64,000 bases of DNA from Flavobacteriales bacterium (GTDB lineage: Bacteria; Bacteroidota; Bacteroidia; Flavobacteriales; CAJXXR01): contig JBMYYR010000002.1 of assembly GCA_049609625.1 (NCBI GenBank), positions 1,152 through 65,151 on the forward strand, given 5' to 3'. A model generated the notes under the pieces. It was not told where the DNA came from. It was given only the letters and a program-made list of their open reading frames with translations, and ran no database searches. Of the stretch, positions 38,294 through 47,707 are shown one piece after another (within the stretch, counting starts at the first letter, position 1; each line of letters starts with the position of its first letter). The translations under genes and the position numbers were made by a program.

Positions 38294-39919
38294 ATGAATA
38301 TTGAAGAAAACAAGAACGAAGACGAAATCAAATTAGCCTTATCGGATTATAAGCGCAAGCTATCGAACATCCATAAAGGCGGAGGAGAAAAGAAGCTCGA
38401 AAAGCAGCATGCAAAAGGCAAAATGACTGCACGCGAGCGTGTAGATTATCTTATTGATGACACCGAAGATTGCGTAGAAATTGGCGCATTTGCTGGCTAT
38501 GGCATGTATGAAGAACATGGCGGATGCCCTGCTGGAGGTGTTGTTGTGGTTGTAGCCAAAGTGTCAGGCTTGCGCTGTGTGGTGGTTGCCAATGATGCGA
38601 CGGTGAAGGCTGGAGCATGGTTCCCGATAACAGGAAAAAAGAATCTGAGAGCACAAGAAATTGCCAAAGAAAACCACTTGCCAATTATCTATTTAGTCGA
38701 TAGTGCAGGAGTGTATTTGCCAATGCAGGATGAAATTTTTGCTGATAAAGATCATTTTGGTCGAATTTTCAGAAACAATGCCCAAATGAGTGCGATGGGT
38801 ATTCCACAAATTTCTGCTATAATGGGTTCTTGTGTGGCTGGAGGAGCTTATTTACCCATCATGAGCGACGAATCGATAATTGTTGACAAAACCGCAAGTA
38901 TCTTTTTGGCTGGATCGTATTTGGTAAAAGCAGCAATTGGAGAAAGTGTTGACAACGAAACACTTGGAGGCGCAACAACACATTGCGAAATCTCGGGTGT
39001 AACTGATTATAAAGCAGCGAATGACAAAGAAGCACTCGATAAAATTAAAAATTTAGTCGACAAAATAGCTTCTGAACCAAAAGCTGGATTCAACAGAAAA
39101 GCATCCTCAGAACCATTGAAATGTTCTGAAGATTTATATAAACAAATCCCGGTTTCGCGTCAAAAACCTTACGAATCTAAAGCTTTAGTAAAACTTTTGG
39201 TTGACAAAGGCGAATTTGACGAATATAAAGCCGAGTATGGTAAAACCATTTTTTGTGCTTATGCGCGCATTGACGGTTGGGCAGTCGGTATTGTTGCCAA
39301 TCAACGTTCGGTGGTAAAAACCAAAAAAGGCGAAATGCAGTTTGGAGGTGTAATTTATTCAGATTCAGCTGATAAAGCTGCTCGTTTTATAATGAATTGC
39401 AATCAAAAGAAAATTCCTTTAGTTTTCCTACAAGACGTTACGGGCTTTATGGTTGGTTCTCGATCTGAGCATGGAGGCATCATCAAAGATGGTGCAAAAA
39501 TGGTTAATGCCATGGCAAATTCTACCGTTCCTAAATTTACGGTTGTTGTCGGAAACTCTTATGGCGCAGGGAATTACGCCATGTGCGGAAAAGCTTATGA
39601 TCCAAGATTTATGTTGGCTTGGCCGAATGCCAAACTAGCCGTAATGGGTGGTGCGCAAGCGGCTCAGGTTTTGCTTCAAATCGAAAAAGCATCCTTAAAA
39701 TCGAAAGGGGAGCAGATCACCGAAAAAGATGAGCAAGCCCTTTTGTCAAAAATAACCAAACGCTACGAAGCTCAAACTAAGGCAACTTACGCCGCTTCTC
39801 GCTTATGGTATGATGCGATTATTGATCCTTTAGATACCAGAAAATGGATATCGATTGGTATTGATATGGCAAATCACAAAGAAATAGAAAAGTTTAACGT
39901 TGGAGTAATCCAAACCTGA
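38294..39919 (+). CDS. Acyl-CoA carboxylase carboxyltransferase (beta) subunit, methylcrotonyl/propionyl-CoA carboxylase-like
   Basis: 541 aa with the two-domain carboxyl transferase layout (GKMTARERVD.L.D, ANDATVKAG, GSCVAGGAY.P, FLQDVTGFMVG, GAGNYAMCG). Confidence 0.9.
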   Translation: MNIEENKNEDEIKLALSDYKRKLSNIHKGGGEKKLEKQHAKGKMTARERVDYLIDDTEDCVEIGAFAGYGMYEEHGGCPAGGVVVVVAKVSGLRCVVVANDATVKAGAWFPITGKKNLRAQEIAKENHLPIIYLVDSAGVYLPMQDEIFADKDHFGRIFRNNAQMSAMGIPQISAIMGSCVAGGAYLPIMSDESIIVDKTASIFLAGSYLVKAAIGESVDNETLGGATTHCEISGVTDYKAANDKEALDKIKNLVDKIASEPKAGFNRKASSEPLKCSEDLYKQIPVSRQKPYESKALVKLLVDKGEFDEYKAEYGKTIFCAYARIDGWAVGIVANQRSVVKTKKGEMQFGGVIYSDSADKAARFIMNCNQKKIPLVFLQDVTGFMVGSRSEHGGIIKDGAKMVNAMANSTVPKFTVVVGNSYGAGNYAMCGKAYDPRFMLAWPNAKLAVMGGAQAAQVLLQIEKASLKSKGEQITEKDEQALLSKITKRYEAQTKATYAASRLWYDAIIDPLDTRKWISIGIDMANHKEIEKFNVGVIQT

Positions 39920-39929
39920 TAGAACCCTT

Positions 39930-41195
39930 ATGAAAACGCGTTTAATTTTAGTTGGTTTTAGTTTGATGATGATGCCACTTTCGGCACAAAATGAACTCAA
40001 AAAAGCTTTTTCGAAAACTGTAAACTTACAGCAAGAAAGCATTGTGCCTTACAGTAAACAAGAAAACAAAGAGCAAAGTCCGTATCATTATCGACCAAAA
40101 GAAGAGCATGAAATTAAATATGGCCGCCCGATGCTCAATAAAAACTTTGAAGATCCTGAGATTTTTCACAGTTTCTATAAAGAACAATCGATGGCTTACC
40201 TCAAAAATTTTAAGGCCTTATTGATGTTGGATTTATATCCGGAGCGTGCTTATGAAGGCATTGCCGAGAAAATGTCGAATAAAAGAAGAAAGATACTTTC
40301 TGACTTAGAATATTCAATTTATCGAGCGCAAACCATTGAGGTTGAGAATGATAGGTTAGATGCTTTGCAATCTACTTTTCGTGATGCTTTTCAGCATTTA
40401 TATCATGATTATTCAAATCAATTTCCCGATTTTATTGAGCGTTTCAAAGCGCAAGAGCAAAGTTTTTTGACTTATAATCAATATCTTAATGCTTACGAAA
40501 ACGTTTTTGGACATATAAGTGCGTCGAGTATGGATTTGTTTGATTTATTGGCTGTTGCCGAAGGCGAACTCAAAGAGCAGCTCGAGCCAGAGTTGACATT
40601 AAAATACCAGATTGAAGAATTGTTAGAAATTTCTGCTTATCGTCATCAGTTACAGGCTATTCAGCGTGAAGCTTGGCATAAATCGGATGCGTTTTTTAAG
40701 TCGGTTTTAGATAAAGATGTGGAGAAAATGCAGGCCAGATCTGATGAATGTATTGACAAAACCTTGCAGCTCATGGCGAAATTGAAAACGATTCCTAAAT
40801 ACGAATCGGATATTTCGCTAAAAAACAACACAAATAAGTATGTAAAATACGTGCAAACGGCAGGAAAAAGTAACTTCAAGAAAATCATTTCAGTGTACGA
40901 AAAAGCTGAAGGAAAAAAGCTGAGCAAGGCAGAAGAAGCCAAAGTTGATTTGGCATTTACGATTTTTAAAGCACGTGAAGTGGAGTATCTTCAGAATATT
41001 TATTTTGCACTTAAAGAGTTGAAAAAGAAATATTTGGACGAGGCAAAAGCCAATGCCAAAGACGACAGTTTTGAAGAAATGAAAGAGCGTGAACGTTTGA
41101 AAAAAGCGGCAGAACGCGAAGCCGAACGCGCCAGAAAAACCTATTGGAAAAAACGAAATTTACCAACCGCAAAACAGCAAGAAAACGAGGGCTAA
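39930..41195 (+). CDS. Hypothetical secreted, predominantly alpha-helical protein with a charged coiled-coil tail
   Basis: Signal peptide (MKTRLILVGFSLMMMPLSAQ), no recognised motif, and a K/E/R-rich C-terminus. Confidence 0.5.
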   Translation: MKTRLILVGFSLMMMPLSAQNELKKAFSKTVNLQQESIVPYSKQENKEQSPYHYRPKEEHEIKYGRPMLNKNFEDPEIFHSFYKEQSMAYLKNFKALLMLDLYPERAYEGIAEKMSNKRRKILSDLEYSIYRAQTIEVENDRLDALQSTFRDAFQHLYHDYSNQFPDFIERFKAQEQSFLTYNQYLNAYENVFGHISASSMDLFDLLAVAEGELKEQLEPELTLKYQIEELLEISAYRHQLQAIQREAWHKSDAFFKSVLDKDVEKMQARSDECIDKTLQLMAKLKTIPKYESDISLKNNTNKYVKYVQTAGKSNFKKIISVYEKAEGKKLSKAEEAKVDLAFTIFKAREVEYLQNIYFALKELKKKYLDEAKANAKDDSFEEMKERERLKKAAEREAERARKTYWKKRNLPTAKQQENEG

Positions 41196-41211
41196 AACTT
41201 CGTCAGTTTCT

Positions 41212-42885
41212 ATGTTACACTACCATATTTTTAGTGAGTTTCCGCATCGACATTTTTTGAATATCGAAATTCAAACACCTGAAATTCAGGATAATGAATT
41301 TGATTTGTATTTGCCAAATTGGCGACCTGGGCGATATGAATTAGGAAATTTTGCACAAAACATCAGAGATGTTCATATTGTTGATCAAGATGGGGAAGAA
41401 GTAAAATTTGAAAAGCAATCTAAATCTCAATGGCGTTGTTTTGAAACCAAAGGTAAACAACTGAAAATAAGTTATTTGTATTATTCAAATGTCTTAGATG
41501 CAGGGTCTTGTTTTGTTGATGAAGCCTTGTTTTACGTCAATCCGATTCACTGCTGTATGTATCATTTGCCTTGGCGAAATGAACCTTTGACTTTGAGTTT
41601 GGATTATCCTGATTCATTTGAATTAAGCTTGCACGAAAGCCTCAGAATTTCTGAAAAAACAGTTCAATTTTCTTCTGTCGATCATTTACTCGATTCTCCT
41701 TTTTTTGCTTCTCAATCGTTTCAGGTGTTGGACTATAAAGTCGCTCAATCTGAAACTAAATTCAGGCTTTGCTTTTTTGGTTTGACCAAAGCTTTTGATG
41801 AAGAAAAAGTGCTTTCGGATTTTAAACGTTTTACGGCTCAGCAACTTTCTAAATTAGGTGAATTTCCCAGTGATTTTTACGACTTTATTTTTCTACTAAC
41901 GCCATTTAAAACCTATCATGGTGTTGAGCATCAATCCAGTACAGTGATTGCTTTAGGTCCAGAATCGGATGTGTTTACAACCGATTTGTATCAAGAATTT
42001 TTGCATGTGTCTTCTCATGAATTGTATCATACTTGGAATGTGAAAGCCTTGAGAACCAAAGATATGAAGCCTTACGATTACCAATCCGAAAACTATTCAC
42101 GTTTGGGCTATTGGTACGAAGGTTTAACGACCTTTATGGGCGATGTAATGCTTTGGGAATCAGGTGTTATTTCGGATGTTCAGTGGGAAACTATTTTAAA
42201 CAAATGGCTGAAGATTCATTTTTCAAATCAAGGTCATGAGCATTTGTCAGTTGCCGATTCGAGTTTCGATACGTGGTTAGATGGCTATAAATTAGGAATT
42301 CCAAACAGAAAAGTATCGATTTATCAAGATGGCGCACTTTGTATGCTGATGCTTCATGCGGCTTGTAAAATCAATGGGCATGAGGATGGTTTACATGAAG
42401 TGATGAGGTATTTGATTCATAATGAGATGATTATGAAAGAAGGTTTTGAGGAACAAGAACTTAAAAATCTACTCATTCAGTTTGGCGGCGAAGAGGCTAG
42501 ACACATTTTAGAGGCTTATGTTTATGGCACGCAGCCTTACGACATTGGACTAAAAAAAGCTTGTAATAGTCTAAATTACAGCTTTGAAGAAAAAGAAAAT
42601 ACTAATTTCTTTTCGGGCTATTTGGGCGTTCAGATAAAAGAAAATAAGTCTGGATTAGAACTTCTCAAAGTTTGGGAAGGCGGCCGAGCAGATTATTATG
42701 GTCTGGCAGTTGGCGATACGATTGTAGGTATTCAAAATAAGCCAGCAAAACCAGATTTTAGTTTTAATGAAATCCAAAATATTCATCTAAACATCAAAAC
42801 CAAATGGCGAAATTTTGATTTAGTTATTCCAAAATCTGAACAACAGTTTTCATCATATCCAATCTTTGAAATTAAGTTGAATTAA
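41212..42885 (+). CDS. M61 family (glycyl aminopeptidase-like) zinc metallopeptidase with C-terminal PDZ domain
   Basis: HELYHTW (HExxH) zinc motif followed by YWYEG, and a C-terminal GL.VGD.I..I PDZ-like segment. Confidence 0.8.
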   Translation: MLHYHIFSEFPHRHFLNIEIQTPEIQDNEFDLYLPNWRPGRYELGNFAQNIRDVHIVDQDGEEVKFEKQSKSQWRCFETKGKQLKISYLYYSNVLDAGSCFVDEALFYVNPIHCCMYHLPWRNEPLTLSLDYPDSFELSLHESLRISEKTVQFSSVDHLLDSPFFASQSFQVLDYKVAQSETKFRLCFFGLTKAFDEEKVLSDFKRFTAQQLSKLGEFPSDFYDFIFLLTPFKTYHGVEHQSSTVIALGPESDVFTTDLYQEFLHVSSHELYHTWNVKALRTKDMKPYDYQSENYSRLGYWYEGLTTFMGDVMLWESGVISDVQWETILNKWLKIHFSNQGHEHLSVADSSFDTWLDGYKLGIPNRKVSIYQDGALCMLMLHAACKINGHEDGLHEVMRYLIHNEMIMKEGFEEQELKNLLIQFGGEEARHILEAYVYGTQPYDIGLKKACNSLNYSFEEKENTNFFSGYLGVQIKENKSGLELLKVWEGGRADYYGLAVGDTIVGIQNKPAKPDFSFNEIQNIHLNIKTKWRNFDLVIPKSEQQFSSYPIFEIKLN

Positions 42886-43977
42886 ATGATTATCAATAAA
42901 ATACAACTTCAGAATTTCAAAAACTACGAACAGAAAGTTTTTGATTTTTCATCAAAAATTAATTGTTTTGTTGGCGAAAATGGCATCGGGAAAACCAATA
43001 TTCTGGAAGCTATTCATTATTTAGCGTTTAGCAAAGGTTTTGCGCACAGTTTGGATAAACATAATATTCAATTCGAGAAAGATTTTTTTATTATTGAAGC
43101 TATGTTGTCTGATAATCAGGATCAACATCAGCTTAGCTGCATTGTTCAGAAAGGGAAAAAAAAGCGTTTCAAAAAGAATGAATCCGAGTATAAAAAAATA
43201 GCAGATTACATCGGATTTTTGTCTTTGGTAATGATTTCGCCTTACGATCGGGATTTGATTGTGGAAGGTGCAGAATCTCGTAGACGATTGACAGACAGTA
43301 TTATATCTCAGGTTGATAAAGTGTATTTGGAAGATTTGATGACTTACAATCGAACTTTGCAACAGCGTAATGCTTTGCTCAAATATTTTGCAAAAAATGC
43401 TTGTTTTGATGCCACTCAACTTGAAGTTTACGACAGGCAATTAGATGCTTTAGGTTCTTCGATTCATCAAAAACGAAAGGCTTTTGTGGAGCTTCTTAGA
43501 CCTCTGATTCAGGCGCATTACAGCAAAATTTCAAAACAAAAAGAAGAGGTTGATATTCATTATCAAAGTCAACTTTCTGATCACTCTTTTTTCGAGCTCT
43601 TAAACCAAAATCAAGCTAAAGATCGACTGATTCAACACACCAGTGTCGGAATACATCGTGATGATATTCAGTTTCTTATAGAAGGAAACTCCATAAAACG
43701 TTTTGGCTCTCAGGGTCAGCAAAAAAGTATGTTGATTGCTCTAAAACTCGCTCAATACGACTATTTGAAATCCAAAAAAGACAGCAAACCCATCATTTTG
43801 CTCGATGATGTGTTTGATAAGCTTGATAGTCAGCGTGTTCAGTCGATTGTAGACTTGGTAAACAGCGATTATTTTGGGCAAGTTTTCATTACAGACACGC
43901 ATAAAGAGCGGATTGAGCAACTTTTGGAACAGTTGGAAGGCGAGCGTTCTATTTTTGAACTCAAACCAGAGTCTTAA
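42886..43977 (+). CDS. recF: DNA replication and repair protein RecF
   Basis: L.NFKNY, Walker A GENGIGKTN, GSQGQQK signature, and LLDDV Walker B. Confidence 0.9.
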   Translation: MIINKIQLQNFKNYEQKVFDFSSKINCFVGENGIGKTNILEAIHYLAFSKGFAHSLDKHNIQFEKDFFIIEAMLSDNQDQHQLSCIVQKGKKKRFKKNESEYKKIADYIGFLSLVMISPYDRDLIVEGAESRRRLTDSIISQVDKVYLEDLMTYNRTLQQRNALLKYFAKNACFDATQLEVYDRQLDALGSSIHQKRKAFVELLRPLIQAHYSKISKQKEEVDIHYQSQLSDHSFFELLNQNQAKDRLIQHTSVGIHRDDIQFLIEGNSIKRFGSQGQQKSMLIALKLAQYDYLKSKKDSKPIILLDDVFDKLDSQRVQSIVDLVNSDYFGQVFITDTHKERIEQLLEQLEGERSIFELKPES

Positions 43978-44039
43978 AAAAAATCAGAAAAAGCTCATTT
44001 TCAAGACCAAAAACTAAACGAAAATCCAATTTTGAAGCT

Positions 44040-44047
44040 TATATTTG
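44040..44047 (+). promoter_or_regulatory. Candidate -7 box (TATATTTG) upstream of the PfkB kinase gene
   Basis: TAnnTTTG match 19 nt upstream of the ATG at 44067. Confidence 0.3.
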
Positions 44048-44066
44048 CAAAAAAAATTTCAATTCT

Positions 44067-44993
44067 ATGAATTTATTAGTCGTAGGTTCGGTAGCCTTTG
44101 ATGCCATCGAAAGTCCATTAGGAAAAACAGATAAAATTTTGGGTGGAGCGGGAACGTATATCGCTTTAGCGGCCTCAAATTTTGTAAAAGATACAGGCGT
44201 AGTTTCAGTTGTTGGAGAAGATTTTCCTGCCGAACATTTAGATCTTTTGAAAGCACACAGCTGTGATTTGGAAGGTTTACAAATCAAAAAAGGAGAAAAA
44301 ACCTTCTTTTGGAGCGGACGTTATCATCAAAACATGAACCAACGCGACACCTTGATTACAGAATTGAATGTGTTGGAGCATTTTGATCCGATCATCCCAG
44401 AACAGTATAAAAATCCTGAGTATTTGATGCTCGGAAACTTGTCTCCACAAGTTCAAAGTTTGGTAATTGATCGATTGGAATCGAGACCAAAATTGATTGT
44501 GATGGACACGATGAATTTTTGGATGGACATTGCTATGGATGATTTGAAATCGACCATCAGTAAAGTAGATGTTTTGACCATAAACGACGAAGAAGCTCGA
44601 CAATTATCTGGCGAATGGAGTTTGGTGAAAGCAGCAAAAGCCATTTTAAAAATGGGTCCTAAATATCTGATTATCAAAAAAGGAGAGCATGGCGCTTTGC
44701 TATTTGATCAGAATTTGAATATGTTTTTCTGTCCAGCCATGTTGCTCGAAGAAGTTTTTGACCCAACCGGAGCTGGAGATACGTTTGCGGGTGGATTTAT
44801 CGCACATATTGCCAAAACCAAAGATATTTCTTTCGCCAATATGAAAAAAGCGATTGTTTATGGCTCGGCTTTAGCTTCATTGACGGTAGAAAAATTTGGA
44901 ACTAAACAATTAGAAAACCTTAGTAAATCTGATCTCAACGCACGTATTCAGGCATTCAAAAACCTGATTGAAGTTGATGTAGATTTATTGTAA
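44067..44993 (+). CDS. PfkB/ribokinase-family carbohydrate kinase
   Basis: GGAG.Y N-terminal motif and the C-terminal DPTGAGDTFAGGF signature. Confidence 0.8.
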   Translation: MNLLVVGSVAFDAIESPLGKTDKILGGAGTYIALAASNFVKDTGVVSVVGEDFPAEHLDLLKAHSCDLEGLQIKKGEKTFFWSGRYHQNMNQRDTLITELNVLEHFDPIIPEQYKNPEYLMLGNLSPQVQSLVIDRLESRPKLIVMDTMNFWMDIAMDDLKSTISKVDVLTINDEEARQLSGEWSLVKAAKAILKMGPKYLIIKKGEHGALLFDQNLNMFFCPAMLLEEVFDPTGAGDTFAGGFIAHIAKTKDISFANMKKAIVYGSALASLTVEKFGTKQLENLSKSDLNARIQAFKNLIEVDVDLL

Positions 44994-45070
44994 AATCAAT
45001 CATTTTATATCGAGAAATCATCGTATTTCTTTTGAAATATGAATTGTAACCAGTATAAAAACAATTACTT

Positions 45071-45535
45071 ATGAGAAAAATTATTTTAGGACTAGTTCTA
45101 ATATTGTGTGCCGCTTGTACTGACGCCATCAAAGATCCGGAGTTCAAAAACGCTGATAATATCCGCATATTATCAATTAATAAATCCGACGTTAGAATTG
45201 CTACAGATTTGCATTTTTTCAACTCAAATCCGATTGGTGGAACGATTTCCAAAATAGATTTAGATGTGTTTGTTGATGAAATAAAAGTGGCTAAAGTAAA
45301 CTCAAAACAGTTCGACTTTACAGGCGAATCCGATTTTACGACAACCATCACAACCAAAGTTCCACATAAAGAATTATATGGCTCAAATGCAAAGCAATTG
45401 CTAGGCTCGCTAATCAATTCAGCGCTCAACAAAAAAGCAAGAGTTGCTTACAAAGGTCAAATTACTTTTGCTTTTGGCGATTTTGAGTATGCTTATGATT
45501 TGGACGAAGCCTTGGATTTAGATTTGAAAAAATAA
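45071..45535 (+). CDS. Small lipoprotein, LEA_2 (LEA14/NDR1-like) fold candidate
   Basis: Lipobox LILCAAC and a beta-rich sequence of about 130 aa with the layout of bacterial LEA_2 domain proteins. Confidence 0.45.
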   Translation: MRKIILGLVLILCAACTDAIKDPEFKNADNIRILSINKSDVRIATDLHFFNSNPIGGTISKIDLDVFVDEIKVAKVNSKQFDFTGESDFTTTITTKVPHKELYGSNAKQLLGSLINSALNKKARVAYKGQITFAFGDFEYAYDLDEALDLDLKK

Positions 45536-45550
45536 GAGAACATTGCAAGT

Positions 45551-46462
45551 ATGGAGTTTGAATTGACCATTTTGGGAAGTAGTTCGGCGAGTCCGACAAA
45601 ATACAGAAATCCCACGGCTCAACTTTTAAATTTCAGAAACACACATTTTCTCATCGATTGTGGAGAAGGAACTCAGAAGCAATTGAAAATCAATGGATTT
45701 AATCATTTTAATATTACTAAAATTTTTATTTCCCACTTGCATGGCGACCATTATTTAGGACTTTTTGGGCTTCTATCTTCCATGAGTTTAAATGGCCGAG
45801 AAAAGCCTTTAGATTTGTATGCGCCAGCAGAATTGCAAGAATTATTGGCTTTACAAAGTAAAATATCAAAAGTCTATTGGTCTTTCGAGCTTCGTTTTCA
45901 TCCGACTCAAAACAAGACTTCTGAGCTCATTTTTGAAGATCATCGCATTGAGATTTTCAGTATACCATTAAAGCATCGTGTACCAACAACGGGATTTGTT
46001 TTCAAAGAAAAACCATTACTTAGAAAATTGAATCCCAAAATGTTACGCGATTATGATATTCCGAATTACGTTCGAGCGAGTATCAAAAAAGGAGCTGATT
46101 TTACAACCGAAGATGGGCATTTGTTGACTAACAAACAGTTGACTTTAGACCCAGAAGCCTCACGTTCTTATGCCTATTGTTCTGATACAAAATATACTGA
46201 ATCTATTTTAGAGGACATAAAAGGCGTTGATCTATTGTATCACGAAGCTACTTTTTTAGATCAATTAGCTGATAGAGCTAAAACAACAGGACATTCCACG
46301 GCCAAACAAGCTGGAGAAATTGCTAAATTAGCAGCTGTAAAACAGTTAGTTATAGGTCATTTCTCATCAAGATACCGAGATTTGAATCCTTTATTAGATG
46401 AAGCTAAAACTGAGTTTCCAAACACGGTTTTGGCGATCGAAAATACTACAATTAGTCTATAG
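45551..46462 (+). CDS. rnz: Ribonuclease Z (tRNA 3' processing, metallo-beta-lactamase fold)
   Basis: LG...S.P, LIDCGEGTQ, the HLHGDH motif and C-terminal HFS.RY. Confidence 0.9.
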   Translation: MEFELTILGSSSASPTKYRNPTAQLLNFRNTHFLIDCGEGTQKQLKINGFNHFNITKIFISHLHGDHYLGLFGLLSSMSLNGREKPLDLYAPAELQELLALQSKISKVYWSFELRFHPTQNKTSELIFEDHRIEIFSIPLKHRVPTTGFVFKEKPLLRKLNPKMLRDYDIPNYVRASIKKGADFTTEDGHLLTNKQLTLDPEASRSYAYCSDTKYTESILEDIKGVDLLYHEATFLDQLADRAKTTGHSTAKQAGEIAKLAAVKQLVIGHFSSRYRDLNPLLDEAKTEFPNTVLAIENTTISL

Positions 46463-46565
46463 TTTCTAATATTATTCTGATTGGAAAGTAATATTTAGTC
46501 TAAAATTGAATACTAAATTAAGGTGTAAATCAAATAGAATAACCAAGTCAATTTATCCAAACAAC

Positions 46566-47627
46566 ATGAAGTTCAAAATCCATCAGCTAATATTTATTTT
46601 ATTGATTTTCAGTACTTTAATGAGTTGCGAAAAAGAGAACTCAAAGCGTAAGAAATCCTTGCGTTGGAGTTTGAAGATGCAGCAAACAGAAGTAAAAGAA
46701 ACAACGGACGTCAGGGTCATGCTAAATTTGTTTGGTGCAGAAGTTGAAGACCTAAAACTATTGGTCGACAAAAAAGAAATGGCATTCGAAAAAGCAGAAC
46801 AAATACTTTCATTTTCTAGTTCAAATTTGGCTTTAGGTGCTCATAAACTTGAAGTTTTTGTTACTTCTTCTGGTAAAACCTACAAAAAACACACAAAATT
46901 TCTTTTGCTTTCTGCCCAAGCTCCAGAAATGTATACTTATCAGATCTTAAAAACCTATCCTCATAATCCAAAATCATTCACACAAGGGCTTGAATTTGAG
47001 GGAGATAAACTATATGAAGGCACAGGGCGTCATGGCGAATCTAAGCTTATGCAGGTGGATTTAGAAACTGGAAAAACACTCAAATCTGTTGATCTTCCAC
47101 AACATGTTTTTGGAGAAGGCATTTCAATTTTAAATAATCAAATTTATCAATTGTCTTGGCAAGCTAGAACAGCTTATCTTTATGATTTAGAGTCTTTTGA
47201 GACTAAAAATACCTTTACTTACGGACAAAGTAGAGAGGGTTGGGGTTTGTGTAATGATGGTCAATTTTTATATAAAAGCGATGGTACAAGTCGAATTTAT
47301 AAATTGAATGCCGAAACGTTTACTGAAATCTCTTCGTTTGAGATTGTTTCTGATCAATATATCTATCAATTAATCAATGAGTTGGAGTGGATTGACGGAA
47401 AGATTTATGCCAATGTTTATGGTTTGAAACAAATTCTGATTATTGAACCAAATTCAGGACGAGTAGAAGGCATTATTGATTTAAAAACATTGAACACAGC
47501 CACAGATTTTAATACCGAGCAAGAAGATGTTCTCAATGGAATTGCTTATCAAGGCGTTGAAAATGAGATTTTTGTAACAGGAAAGCTCTGGGATAAACTC
47601 TATAAAATAAAGCTTATAAAGAACTAA
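46566..47627 (+). CDS. Glutaminyl-peptide cyclotransferase (plant/bacterial beta-propeller type) with an N-terminal extra domain of about 115 aa
   Basis: The ATG at 46566 gives a lipoprotein-like signal (LIFSTLMSC). YPHNP.SFTQGLEF...LYE.TG..G.S.L and NELEWIDG.IYANV are typical of glutamine cyclotransferases. Confidence 0.75.
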   Translation: MKFKIHQLIFILLIFSTLMSCEKENSKRKKSLRWSLKMQQTEVKETTDVRVMLNLFGAEVEDLKLLVDKKEMAFEKAEQILSFSSSNLALGAHKLEVFVTSSGKTYKKHTKFLLLSAQAPEMYTYQILKTYPHNPKSFTQGLEFEGDKLYEGTGRHGESKLMQVDLETGKTLKSVDLPQHVFGEGISILNNQIYQLSWQARTAYLYDLESFETKNTFTYGQSREGWGLCNDGQFLYKSDGTSRIYKLNAETFTEISSFEIVSDQYIYQLINELEWIDGKIYANVYGLKQILIIEPNSGRVEGIIDLKTLNTATDFNTEQEDVLNGIAYQGVENEIFVTGKLWDKLYKIKLIKN

Positions 47628-47669
47628 AATTATAAGCTTTTGAACATCGGAAATCATCAAAATTTTCAG

Positions 47670-47677
47670 TAGTTTTG
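47670..47677 (+). promoter_or_regulatory. Candidate -7 box (TAGTTTTG) upstream of trxB
   Basis: TAnnTTTG match 30 nt upstream of the ATG at 47708. It overlaps the TTG start proposed by the ORF track, which favours the shorter CDS. Confidence 0.3.
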
Positions 47678-47707
47678 GAATCGAATACTTTAAGAAAAAA
47701 TATAGAT

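Noticed and set aside
43021-43440. 139-aa antisense ORF within recF. Similar cases are 49524..49997 in the DAHP synthase gene and 44956..45432 across the PfkB/LEA_2 genes.
   Set aside because: They overlap confidently assigned genes on the opposite strand, have Phe/Ile/Asn-rich composition from AT-rich antisense reading, and carry no motifs.
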